Assembly (NCBI GenBank): GCA_964014485.1
Contig: CAXHAT010000075.1
Location: forward strand, 1-35,468
Direction: 5' to 3'
From: an uncultured Deferribacteres bacterium
GTDB lineage: Bacteria > Zhuqueibacterota > Zhuqueibacteria > Zhuqueibacterales > Geothermadaptataceae
Length of the DNA: 35,468 nt
How positions within the stretch are numbered: position 1 is the stretch's first letter; each line of letters starts with the position of its first letter. The translations under genes were made by a program, and so were the position numbers. The notes below the pieces were generated by a model. That model saw nothing but the letters and a program-made list of their open reading frames with translations, was not told the DNA's origin and ran no database searches. This document shows, piece by piece, positions 11,050 to 19,339 of this stretch.

Positions 11050-12252
11050 ATGACGGAAGAATTTCAAATTGAGCGCCACACAAAGCTGTGGGAAGACAAA
11101 ACCAAACACGTCAAGCGTATCGTTTTTAGCGGGCTGCTTTTTGGCGGCGTGATTTTGGTAAATGTGCTGACGCCCTATTCTGAAGATATTGGCGCACGCG
11201 CGAAATTACAGCAAGAAATTGATCTTTTACGCAGCCAGGCCAAAGAAGTCGAAGCCTCGCTTGCGCCGCTGGACGACTTGACGGAAGAGCTGGCGCAAGT
11301 TAAAGCAACGATTACGGCAAAGCCCTGGAACGCGAGAATTGAAAACTTAAAGCAACGCTATCGCCATATCAACGCGCAAGGCGGCGCGGATTGGGACACG
11401 TACCAGCGTGAGGCTGATGCGACGGTGGATTCCGTTGCCGCCCAAGTTAAAAAATCGGTTCTGACGCCATTGGCGCGTTTTACCACGGATTCAATCGCCG
11501 CACAAGCTGAAATCTCCGATCTTGCACAACAAATGGCGGCGCTGCCGGGAGCGCTGGATTCCTGGGTGAATAAAAACATGGGGCGGCGCTGGTACCGAAC
11601 GATCGAGAGTAAAGAAGCCGAGATCAATGACTTGACCTACGATTTGAACAGACGGCTAAGATCTTTTGACAACGCCGTTAACGGCGCGATACAAGACCTG
11701 CAACGCAAGAAACGGGATTTACGCAAACAAATTGAACGCCTGCAAAACTCTCCGGCGATTCGTGACAAAGAAAAGAAGCTGGCGGCGCTGCGTGCGGAAA
11801 TGGAAAAAATTCTGCCGGAGTGGATCAAAGGCATGGTTTCCGTTGAACAAATGGTGCAGCTTTTTCCTTTCATTGTTGTCCTGCTTGCGGGCTACGCGCT
11901 TTTTACCGGAAAATCCGTCGCTTCGCACTACCACTTCCTTGCCAAAAAGCTAGGCTTCGCCAGCGCCGGTCGAGAAGATGCCAGCTATTCTTCGATTTGG
12001 ACTTTTACCTGGCGCGGAGCAAAAGGAACGCTGCTAACCGTCGGGACTTACTCATTTTTCATCCTGGTGATGTGGCTGTTTTATGAAGTCGGCGTTGGTG
12101 TCCTGCAAAAATGGCTTGAGGCGGAAAGTTCGCCGATCATTTCCGAGGGCGGGTTCGTCTCATTGATTTGGCTGTTCAGAATTGCAATTGCCGGGATTCT
12201 TGTTTACACGGCTTCTTGGCCTTACCGTCAAAAAAATGTTTTCCAGAGCTAA
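11050..12252 (+). CDS. Hypothetical membrane protein with a long coiled-coil region
   Basis: 400-aa ORF co-oriented with its neighbours; one N-terminal hydrophobic segment, a heptad-rich helical middle, three C-terminal hydrophobic segments. Confidence 0.75.
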   Translation: MTEEFQIERHTKLWEDKTKHVKRIVFSGLLFGGVILVNVLTPYSEDIGARAKLQQEIDLLRSQAKEVEASLAPLDDLTEELAQVKATITAKPWNARIENLKQRYRHINAQGGADWDTYQREADATVDSVAAQVKKSVLTPLARFTTDSIAAQAEISDLAQQMAALPGALDSWVNKNMGRRWYRTIESKEAEINDLTYDLNRRLRSFDNAVNGAIQDLQRKKRDLRKQIERLQNSPAIRDKEKKLAALRAEMEKILPEWIKGMVSVEQMVQLFPFIVVLLAGYALFTGKSVASHYHFLAKKLGFASAGREDASYSSIWTFTWRGAKGTLLTVGTYSFFILVMWLFYEVGVGVLQKWLEAESSPIISEGGFVSLIWLFRIAIAGILVYTASWPYRQKNVFQS

Positions 12253-12257
12253 AATTG

Positions 12258-13790
12258 ATGTTCAAAAACGTCGTTCTTCTACTCGCCGCTATTCTATTCT
12301 TACCCGTTTTGTTTTTAGCCTGCCAGCTCGCAGACGAAGAAATTCCCGAGCCGCAAGAAACGATTATCGCTCGCATCGGCGACAAGACAATTTCGCAAAA
12401 CGAATTTATCCGGCGCGCGGAATACACCATTCGCCCCGCGTACGCCAAAGGCGACAATTACATTCATCGAAAGATTATACTCAACTCATTGGTCGCTGAG
12501 AAGCTCTTGGCGCTCGAAGCTGAAAACGATCCCTACCTGGCGGAAAACGAAGAATTTCAGGACTATCTCGCAGGCCGGAAAGAGCAGGCAATGCGGCAAT
12601 GGTTCTATCACCAGGCCGCCTTCGAAAAATCGACGGCGGACACGAATGAAATCAAAACCGTGTTTTCCACCGCCGGGCGCACTTATCGCGTGGCGTGGTT
12701 TTCTCTGCAGGACAGTTCGGCGGCGGCGGAAGTGCAAAAACAATTGACGGCGCAAGTTTCTTTCGATTCGGTTTATGCACAACTGAGCGGTAACAACGAA
12801 AAAGTCCCTGAGCGGGAAATCAGTCTCAATAGCGCCGAGCACGATGCTGTTCTGAACGTACTCTACGCTCAAAAGCCGGACAAAAACGACGTTATCGGGC
12901 CGATTGAATTTGAAAAAAATCGGTTTACAGTCCTTAAGGTGATGGCTTGGATGGAACGCGCCGCCGTCTCCAACGCCGACGCTCAACAGCGCTGGGAAGA
13001 CGGCAAAACGTGGCTGCAGGAAAGAAAAGCGGCCAAAACGTGGGACGGCGTCGTTTCCGAAATTATGCGCGGCAAGAAAATTGAATTTATGCCCTACACT
13101 TTTCGTGCGTTGGTCAATGTCGTCGGCCCCTATTATTTGCGCATGAATGAACAGAAAAAAGAAGCGCTCAACTCAGCTCTTTGGAGCGAGGCCAAAAATG
13201 AAGTTTTGCTCGAAAACCTCGGCGGCCAAGTTGACAATCTACAAAACCAGCCGCTTTTTCGCGTTGCCGGAGAAATCTGGACCGTAGCCGATTTTGAGCG
13301 CGAAATGCGACGGCGGCCATTGGTTTTCCGAAAACGCCGCATCCCGAAAGGCGAATTCGCCGAGCAATTCAAGTTAGCGATTGTCGATATGGTGCGCGAC
13401 CGTTTTGTGACGCAAGAAGCTTACAAGCGCGGCTACGACAAGGCGCCGATCGTGCAAAGAAATTTCAATATGTGGCGCGACAATCTGGCCGCGCTTTATG
13501 CTCAAAATCGCTTTTTACAGGAAAAAGGCAAGCTCGCAGAGTATGCCCAAAACCACCTCGACGTCATCAAAACAAACCTCGATCCGCTCATCGACAGCCT
13601 GCAAACCAAGTATGCGCCAAAAATCGAAATCAACACCGATGCTTTCGAGCAGATAAAGCTCACTCGCATCGATATGTTCGTGACTCAGCGCAACGCCCCC
13701 TTCCCCATCGTCGTGCCGAATTTCCCTGTTCTCACCACTGATGACCGCCTGGATTACGGCAGAAAAGCCCAATCTCAAGAACGAAAGTAA
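12258..13790 (+). CDS. SurA/PrsA-like (peptidyl-prolyl isomerase-like) lipoprotein
   Basis: Start reassigned to ATG 12258 (MFKNVVLLL...LFLAC lipobox); SurA N-terminal-like IIARIGDKTISQNEF...LNSLVAEKLLALEA, repeated as PLFRVAGEIWTVADF...EAYKRGYD. Confidence 0.65.
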   Translation: MFKNVVLLLAAILFLPVLFLACQLADEEIPEPQETIIARIGDKTISQNEFIRRAEYTIRPAYAKGDNYIHRKIILNSLVAEKLLALEAENDPYLAENEEFQDYLAGRKEQAMRQWFYHQAAFEKSTADTNEIKTVFSTAGRTYRVAWFSLQDSSAAAEVQKQLTAQVSFDSVYAQLSGNNEKVPEREISLNSAEHDAVLNVLYAQKPDKNDVIGPIEFEKNRFTVLKVMAWMERAAVSNADAQQRWEDGKTWLQERKAAKTWDGVVSEIMRGKKIEFMPYTFRALVNVVGPYYLRMNEQKKEALNSALWSEAKNEVLLENLGGQVDNLQNQPLFRVAGEIWTVADFEREMRRRPLVFRKRRIPKGEFAEQFKLAIVDMVRDRFVTQEAYKRGYDKAPIVQRNFNMWRDNLAALYAQNRFLQEKGKLAEYAQNHLDVIKTNLDPLIDSLQTKYAPKIEINTDAFEQIKLTRIDMFVTQRNAPFPIVVPNFPVLTTDDRLDYGRKAQSQERK

Positions 13791-13920
13791 TTGGCTAAAA
13801 CACTACTCCGCGAAGCGCCGAAAATAAAAAAAGCGGGAAGTTTTTTCCTTCAGGTTTTCATTCCCGATTAGAGCCGCGACATGCGCGCCGTTATGAAAAT
13901 AGAAAGCGATTCGCCTTTTA

Positions 13921-13955
13921 ACCCTGACAGAGCTCTGAGCCCTGTCAGGGTCTAC
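13921..13955 (-). repeat. GTAG-tagged REP-like palindrome
   Basis: ACCCTGACAG-AGCTCTGAGCC-CTGTCAGGGT followed by CTAC; reads GTAG plus hairpin on the minus strand. Confidence 0.65.
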
Positions 13956-14020
13956 TCGCCAGAAATGCGCAACGCGGCGTTGAAAAGCCGTTAAACTACC
14001 AAAATAACTCAGGAGAAATT

Positions 14021-16018
14021 ATGGCCCTGACAGATCATTCCGATTTTTATGCCGCGATTCACGAAGGCGGCATAAATTCCGTTATCAAACACGTCATGCG
14101 CCAGCGCCCGTCGTTGTTTAACTACGGCACGGCGTTGATTCAAGCAAAGCCCGATCTGCTTTGTGAAAAAATCAACCCGGCGCCCGGCGTGACGCAGTTT
14201 GTCACCGTGCAACCGCCGATCCCGCTTTTTGGCGCGGATCAATTCGCCCTAAATTACGCATTTCAACTCGCCGATCTTGAAATCGAATTCCACCCCGGCA
14301 ACGTGATCGATTTGCCGAAAGAATTAAACCCGCCCTTGAAACAACAACGGTTCTCATTCCGCGCTCGCGGCTGCGGCGGTCTTGGCTGCCCGACCCGCTC
14401 GAGCCGTCCGCTTGTTGACGCCGTTTTCGATGAAATTCGCTTTCACGACAAACTGGCCTTTGACCGGAGAAAAGAGCGTTCTCAATTCCCAAATCAATTT
14501 TCCGCTAATGTGCAAAAAGCGCAATTTGTAAGTTCCGGACAAACCGCGCACACAACAAGGCAAACAGCGGTTGCCGCCCCTGCTAACGCCGTCGCCGGTT
14601 TTCAAAATCGAAGCGACCTTTCGTCACGAGCCGTTGAAGCCAGCCGAGCTCAACTGAACCCGCTCGACTTTTTCTTCCCGCGCCAACACGTTTTCCCGAC
14701 TTCCAAGCTTGAATGCTTCTGCCTCGACCTTGTCGCTGTCGGGCAAGGCGAAATCAAAGGCCCTGTCGGCAGTCAACACGTCAGCCTGAAACTGGACGAT
14801 ATTGAGATTGTTGACTTGGCTCCTGTCGGTCTTGAAAACAGCATCGAATGCTACGCTTTGCTCGTGGTCAATCACGTGATTTTCCCGCAAGTCAACGAAA
14901 TGGTCAGCAATGCGATGTTCCGCTTGTTCGAAGTCGGCGACGTTGCATCGTTCAAAATCGCAGCTTCCACAACAGCGCCGAACAATCCGGCTTTTGAACA
15001 AGACCAGATGAAAGCGTTTATCAATCTCGATGAATTCGACGTTGATATTCCGCAGATCGTGGTTGAAGAAGGCGGCGACGACGCCCCTGAAGAACCGGAG
15101 CCGGAATTCAACAAGACCATTCGTCCGCGCGTTCGTACCGGCCCCGCACATTTGACTGCCGCGCTTTCCGAAGACGTTTTCGTCAGAGTCTTCAACTCAC
15201 TGCGCGACAACACCACGTTTGACATCAAAGTCGAGAAGCGCAACGTGATTTCCAGCTTTTTAAAGGCGGACGCTCACGTGAAATTTCATCTCGACGGCGG
15301 CAACATCGATTTCAAAAATACCAACATCATCGCTATCGACGAGCTGGACATAAAATGGGACAAGCTCCAGGTTAAGTTGTACATTGATTTACCCAAAATT
15401 TGTCTCCCGCCCTTCAAAATTTGCGCGCCGGATTGGGTGCCGTTTGTCGGCGGCGAGTGCACGCCGCAATGGTGCTTTTTTGAAGGCGAAAACGACATTA
15501 CGATCCCGATCAATTTGCCGACGGCCTTTACTTCGGAATTGAGCATGGATTTGCGTCCAAAGGTCTACTACGGCACAAATCCGGCGGGCAACAAATGGCT
15601 GGTCGAGCTTGACCTGCACGGCCCGGTCGACATCGATATCATCGACATTTCCGACACTATTGGAGATTTGATCGACGACGCTATTGAATTCGTCGTAGAC
15701 GCGCTCGGTTTGCCGGACGTTGTCGAAGACGCATTTGACATTGTTTCCGATGCGATTCGCGCGATTTTGGACTTCGGCGATGATGTCGGCGAGTGGTTCA
15801 AGGATCTCGTTTTCGATGCGCTTGGCATTGAGTTGGGCATCGATAATTTGCTGGTTAAACTGTTCGCTGATAAGTTCGACCTGCTCAAAATTGACGACCC
15901 GATGGAAGTGATGCCGGCGGACGGCCCGGAAATACCAGTCAGGATTCCAATTGAATACGTCGGCGCACGCGTCAACGATAAAGAAATGATTATTGAAGCA
16001 GACATTCAGGAGGCGTAA
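14021..16018 (+). CDS. Hypothetical protein, apparently two tandem domains (possible TULIP/BPI-like fold)
   Basis: 665-aa ORF with RBS AGGAGA at 14011-14016; no signal peptide; acidic Pro-rich linker; no recognised family motif. Confidence 0.85.
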   Translation: MALTDHSDFYAAIHEGGINSVIKHVMRQRPSLFNYGTALIQAKPDLLCEKINPAPGVTQFVTVQPPIPLFGADQFALNYAFQLADLEIEFHPGNVIDLPKELNPPLKQQRFSFRARGCGGLGCPTRSSRPLVDAVFDEIRFHDKLAFDRRKERSQFPNQFSANVQKAQFVSSGQTAHTTRQTAVAAPANAVAGFQNRSDLSSRAVEASRAQLNPLDFFFPRQHVFPTSKLECFCLDLVAVGQGEIKGPVGSQHVSLKLDDIEIVDLAPVGLENSIECYALLVVNHVIFPQVNEMVSNAMFRLFEVGDVASFKIAASTTAPNNPAFEQDQMKAFINLDEFDVDIPQIVVEEGGDDAPEEPEPEFNKTIRPRVRTGPAHLTAALSEDVFVRVFNSLRDNTTFDIKVEKRNVISSFLKADAHVKFHLDGGNIDFKNTNIIAIDELDIKWDKLQVKLYIDLPKICLPPFKICAPDWVPFVGGECTPQWCFFEGENDITIPINLPTAFTSELSMDLRPKVYYGTNPAGNKWLVELDLHGPVDIDIIDISDTIGDLIDDAIEFVVDALGLPDVVEDAFDIVSDAIRAILDFGDDVGEWFKDLVFDALGIELGIDNLLVKLFADKFDLLKIDDPMEVMPADGPEIPVRIPIEYVGARVNDKEMIIEADIQEA

Positions 16019-16020
16019 CC

Positions 16021-16707
16021 ATGAGCTTAAGATTAAACAAATATTTGTTCACCCAAACTTCGTGGACAAGCGAAGCCTTGACGCCCCTCGTGACCGTCGC
16101 GCATACGCCCGCGGAGCTTGGCAAGTACAACGGGGTCGTACTTTGCGGCAAGGAAACCGTCGGCTTGTTCGATCTTGTTGTTGAAGAAAAAACCGAGGGT
16201 TCGAATCGTCAGATTGATTTGCAGGCGATTGTCGACCGCAGGATTACCGGCGGTGACGAAGCTTTTCACGTGCAATACAAAAAGCCGGTGTTTTTCTATG
16301 TGCCGAGCGGCAAGGGCGGTTATTCGGTCGTTCTTTTTCGGTATGAAGGTAAGAAAAAGGTGGTTGTTTTCGACAGTCGCAAGCTCAACAAAGGCGACGT
16401 CTTCATGTTTTCTCCGGTTCGTCGCGGAAAATACGCCATGACGAACGGTCGAGATTTTAAAGGCGAAATTCACGTTGAGCCGCCAAGCGGAAAATCCATT
16501 GCGATTGAACCTGCCGTCGTGGAATGCACGGAGAAAGGCTGTGCGCCGAAATCGGTAAAAGTCGTTACTTCGCAGCCGATTATTTTCGTGCTGCATTCTC
16601 CGGCGAGCTTCAAAATCGCTTTGGAGGAATCAAAGCAAACGCCGCCGAAACGCTACCCGCCCAAGCGGCGACGCGGCCGTCGAATTGGTAAGGACACCAT
16701 GCTCTAA
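16021..16707 (+). CDS. Hypothetical beta-rich protein with cupredoxin-like repeats and a basic C-terminal tail
   Basis: RBS AGGAGG inside the end of the upstream gene, 2-bp gap; FDSRKLNKGDVF..SPVRRGKY resembles the FDSGxLxxGxxF...PGxY pattern. Confidence 0.8.
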   Translation: MSLRLNKYLFTQTSWTSEALTPLVTVAHTPAELGKYNGVVLCGKETVGLFDLVVEEKTEGSNRQIDLQAIVDRRITGGDEAFHVQYKKPVFFYVPSGKGGYSVVLFRYEGKKKVVVFDSRKLNKGDVFMFSPVRRGKYAMTNGRDFKGEIHVEPPSGKSIAIEPAVVECTEKGCAPKSVKVVTSQPIIFVLHSPASFKIALEESKQTPPKRYPPKRRRGRRIGKDTML

Positions 16708-16723
16708 CTCCGAAGCCCCAAAC

Positions 16724-16753
16724 AGCAGGAACGCGGTTCGCCGCGCCCCTGCT
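16724..16753 (+). terminator. GC-rich hairpin, probable terminator of the 14021-16707 operon
   Basis: AGCAGG-AA-CGCGG-TTCG-CCGCG-CC-CCTGCT, 16 nt after the stop; poly-U tail weak. Confidence 0.55.
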
Positions 16754-16785
16754 TGCTAAAGTCATGCACCGCTTTTAACAAACAA

Positions 16786-16887
16786 GGAGTGCAAAGCTCG
16801 CTCTGCCCACAGGGAAACAACGGCAAACTCAGAACGCAAATCTTGAAAAAAACCGTTGGCGGAATTGCAAGGCAAGCCTTGCGCTCC
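16786..16887. repeat. Inverted REP doublet (REPIN-like), GGAG-tagged family
   Basis: GGAGTGCAAAGCTCGCTCTGC (16786-16806) and inverted GCAAGGCAAGCCTTGCGCTCC (16867-16887). Confidence 0.75.
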
Positions 16888-16915
16888 ATTTTTTGCGTTG
16901 CCGCGCGTAACATTA

Positions 16916-17091
16916 ACCCAAGTTGTGACCGAGTATTGTGACGTGGGAACGGAGTGCAAAGCTTGCTTTGCTTTTCATCCAGCCCGTTGAAAAAACGTGC
17001 GCAGATACTGGATGCGAACTGAGAATGTCTTCAGCGACTTTGCAAGGCAAGCCTTGCACTCCGCTACACGATCTTCGGTCACAACTTGGGT
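16916..17091. mobile_element. 176-bp MITE-like non-autonomous element containing a REP doublet
   Basis: Perfect 17-bp TIRs ACCCAAGTTGTGACCGA (16916-16932) and TCGGTCACAACTTGGGT (17075-17091); flanking 8-bp direct repeat TAACATTA (16908-16915, 17092-17099); internal REP pair at 16951-16971 and 17042-17062. Confidence 0.82.
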
Positions 17092-17161
17092 TAACATTAG
17101 CTACTTATTGTATGCCCAAGCACGAAACGCCCCATGTATTCAAACGGGCGCACTGTCCGGT

Positions 17162-19339
17162 TTAATGCAAAAGAACCATTTTTCTGACAACCCGCGTTTC
17201 GCCGGTTTCAAGAACGGCGAAAAACACGCCGCTGCCGGATGAACGCTTTCCCGCGTCCCAGATAAATTTTCCTCGATTCACCCCTTTTTTTGCCGCCAAT
17301 GCCTTCCGCTGCAACAGGCGGCCATTAATATTAAAAATTGAAATCCGAGCCGTGACGTTCAAATCATTTTTTGAAAATTCGTATTCAATGGTCGTCGTTG
17401 GATTGAACGGATTCGGGTAATTTCGCAACAAAGCAAGCGAGCTCGGTTGGTTTGGGATTTCCTCTAGATTTGAGGCGATGCGTTCATTTCTAAAAAACAT
17501 GAACCCGCCGCGAATGCCGCCGGAAAGCAAATCGAGATCGCCGTCGCCGTCAAGATCGCCGAGTACGGGCGTCGGGCGATTCATCGTTTGGATTGGCAGG
17601 ATTGTTCCTGCGGCAAACTCGAAGCTTGTCGGAGCGCCGATATTTTCGAACAGATGAATGACGTCATTTTTTTGGCCGAGAATCAGGTCGAGATCGTCAT
17701 CGTCGTCAATGTCTGCAAAATGCGGGAAGCTGTGCTCGCCGACGTCAATCTCCGCCAGATTTTCCGTAATCTCAACAAAAGCAGGCGCTTGCGGCATTCC
17801 GTCGTTGCGGTAAAAATTCACGTTACCGCGCAATTCGCCGATAAAAAGATCAAAATCGCCGTCGTTGTCAATGTCCGCAAACGTCGGTGCGCTGTTTGTG
17901 CCGACGTCTCTGATTTTGCCCCAATCCTCGGGCAATTCTCCGCTTCCGACAAAAAGCGGCGTTGTCGGCGAACCGGTATTTTCAAAAAAGAGCGTCTTAC
18001 CGGAGACGTTGCCGGCAAAAAGGTCTGGATCGCCGTCCGCGTCAATGTCAACAAAAGTTGGAGCCGCGCCAAAGCCAACTTCAACTTCAAAAAAGTTTCG
18101 GCTCCGCAGCACAAAGCTTGGCGACTGCGCCGAACCTTCATTTTCGAGGAAATAAATCCTGCCGCTTTCCCCTTCGTTTCCAACGTCCACGTTATTGGCC
18201 AAAAACAGGTCTAAATCCTGGTCGCCGTCGATATCAACCAGCGCCGGAACGCTGTTGTCGCCAATATCAAACGCTTCGAGAAATTGGCTTGTTTTTCGAA
18301 CGAATCTCGGGCTTGTCGCCGCGCCGGTATTTTCAAAAAAATAAAGATTTTCGACGAAACTGTTGATGGAAAAACGCAGCCCGACGCCAACGCCGCTGAA
18401 TAAGTCGACGTCCCCGTCCGCGTCAATATCGACAAATTGCGGCACGTTGAAACCACCGGTGATGAGCGTGTCTTCCAGCGGAAAAAAAGTTGAAGCAATG
18501 GCAAATTCAGGCGCTTCGCACGTCCCCGAATTCTCGACGAAATACAAGCTTTGAGAGAAGAAATCGCCCCAGAACAAATCCATGTCGTTGTCACGATCAA
18601 AATCGACAAGCTGGATCGCATTTGCGCCGTGCGCCCCGACTGCGTTCAAGACGGTTTTTGGTGCGGCGGCGTTGGTAATGAGCAAATCCTGATAACGCTC
18701 GGAAATCAGCTTAAACTGCGGCGCGCCGTCTACACCGATCCCGGTGTTTTCATAAAATTTGATTTCTCCACTCTGCTTGCCGATAAACAAATCCTTCAAA
18801 CCGTCGCAATTGACGTCGCCGAAATCCAGCACGCTCTGCGCTTCCGCTTCAATGCCGGCCCCGTCGACGTCCGCGAGCGAGTCCGTGACAATCACAAAAA
18901 CCGGGGCTCCCGTCGTCGCGTCGTTGCGGCGAAACCGCATCGCGCCTCTGCCCTCGCCGTCCGTGAAAAGATCGGGGTCGCCGTCGTTGTCGACGTCTGT
19001 GAATCGATACCAAAACCCAGTGTTCATCCCCAACCATTGATCCGTGCGCCAGGAAAATTTCGGCGAGTCCGGCTCGCCGACGTTTTCAAAAAAAATAAGA
19101 GCGTCGGTAAATTCTTCCTGGACGAAAAGGTCAAAATCGCCGTCAAGATCGATGTCAACGAATTGCGGTTTCGGGCTGTTTAAACCGCCGAGCGCAGGCA
19201 ATTTCAGCAAGCTTCCGTCGCCACTTCTGACGGGGAAAGGATTGATTTCGCGCTGAAAAGAGAATCGCTGGGAAAATCCTTCGGCAACCAAAAACACGAG
19301 AATGAACAGGCCAGTAAAAAAGCGCGCTTCTTTCATCAA
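17162..19339 (-). CDS. FG-GAP/VCBS repeat protein with a C-terminal secretion-signal (T9SS-type) domain
   Basis: Signal peptide; ten P-x-F-x-D-x-D-x-D-G-D-x-D-L type Ca-binding repeats; CTD RNYPNPFNPTTTIEY...SGVFFAVL...RKMVLLH. Confidence 0.9.
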   Translation of the reverse strand: MMKEARFFTGLFILVFLVAEGFSQRFSFQREINPFPVRSGDGSLLKLPALGGLNSPKPQFVDIDLDGDFDLFVQEEFTDALIFFENVGEPDSPKFSWRTDQWLGMNTGFWYRFTDVDNDGDPDLFTDGEGRGAMRFRRNDATTGAPVFVIVTDSLADVDGAGIEAEAQSVLDFGDVNCDGLKDLFIGKQSGEIKFYENTGIGVDGAPQFKLISERYQDLLITNAAAPKTVLNAVGAHGANAIQLVDFDRDNDMDLFWGDFFSQSLYFVENSGTCEAPEFAIASTFFPLEDTLITGGFNVPQFVDIDADGDVDLFSGVGVGLRFSINSFVENLYFFENTGAATSPRFVRKTSQFLEAFDIGDNSVPALVDIDGDQDLDLFLANNVDVGNEGESGRIYFLENEGSAQSPSFVLRSRNFFEVEVGFGAAPTFVDIDADGDPDLFAGNVSGKTLFFENTGSPTTPLFVGSGELPEDWGKIRDVGTNSAPTFADIDNDGDFDLFIGELRGNVNFYRNDGMPQAPAFVEITENLAEIDVGEHSFPHFADIDDDDDLDLILGQKNDVIHLFENIGAPTSFEFAAGTILPIQTMNRPTPVLGDLDGDGDLDLLSGGIRGGFMFFRNERIASNLEEIPNQPSSLALLRNYPNPFNPTTTIEYEFSKNDLNVTARISIFNINGRLLQRKALAAKKGVNRGKFIWDAGKRSSGSGVFFAVLETGETRVVRKMVLLH

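Noticed and set aside
12168..12257. Cys-rich N-terminal extension of the SurA-like ORF
   Set aside because: It overlaps the upstream gene and starts at a non-ATG codon; the ATG at 12258 gives a clean lipoprotein signal
16786..17099. CRISPR array
   Set aside because: The repeats alternate in orientation as inverted pairs with 60-70 bp gaps, and no cas genes are present; this fits REP/MITE architecture
16704..17242. Several short ORFs (62-81 aa) in the repeat region
   Set aside because: They run through palindromic repeats, lack RBS or motifs, and overlap each other
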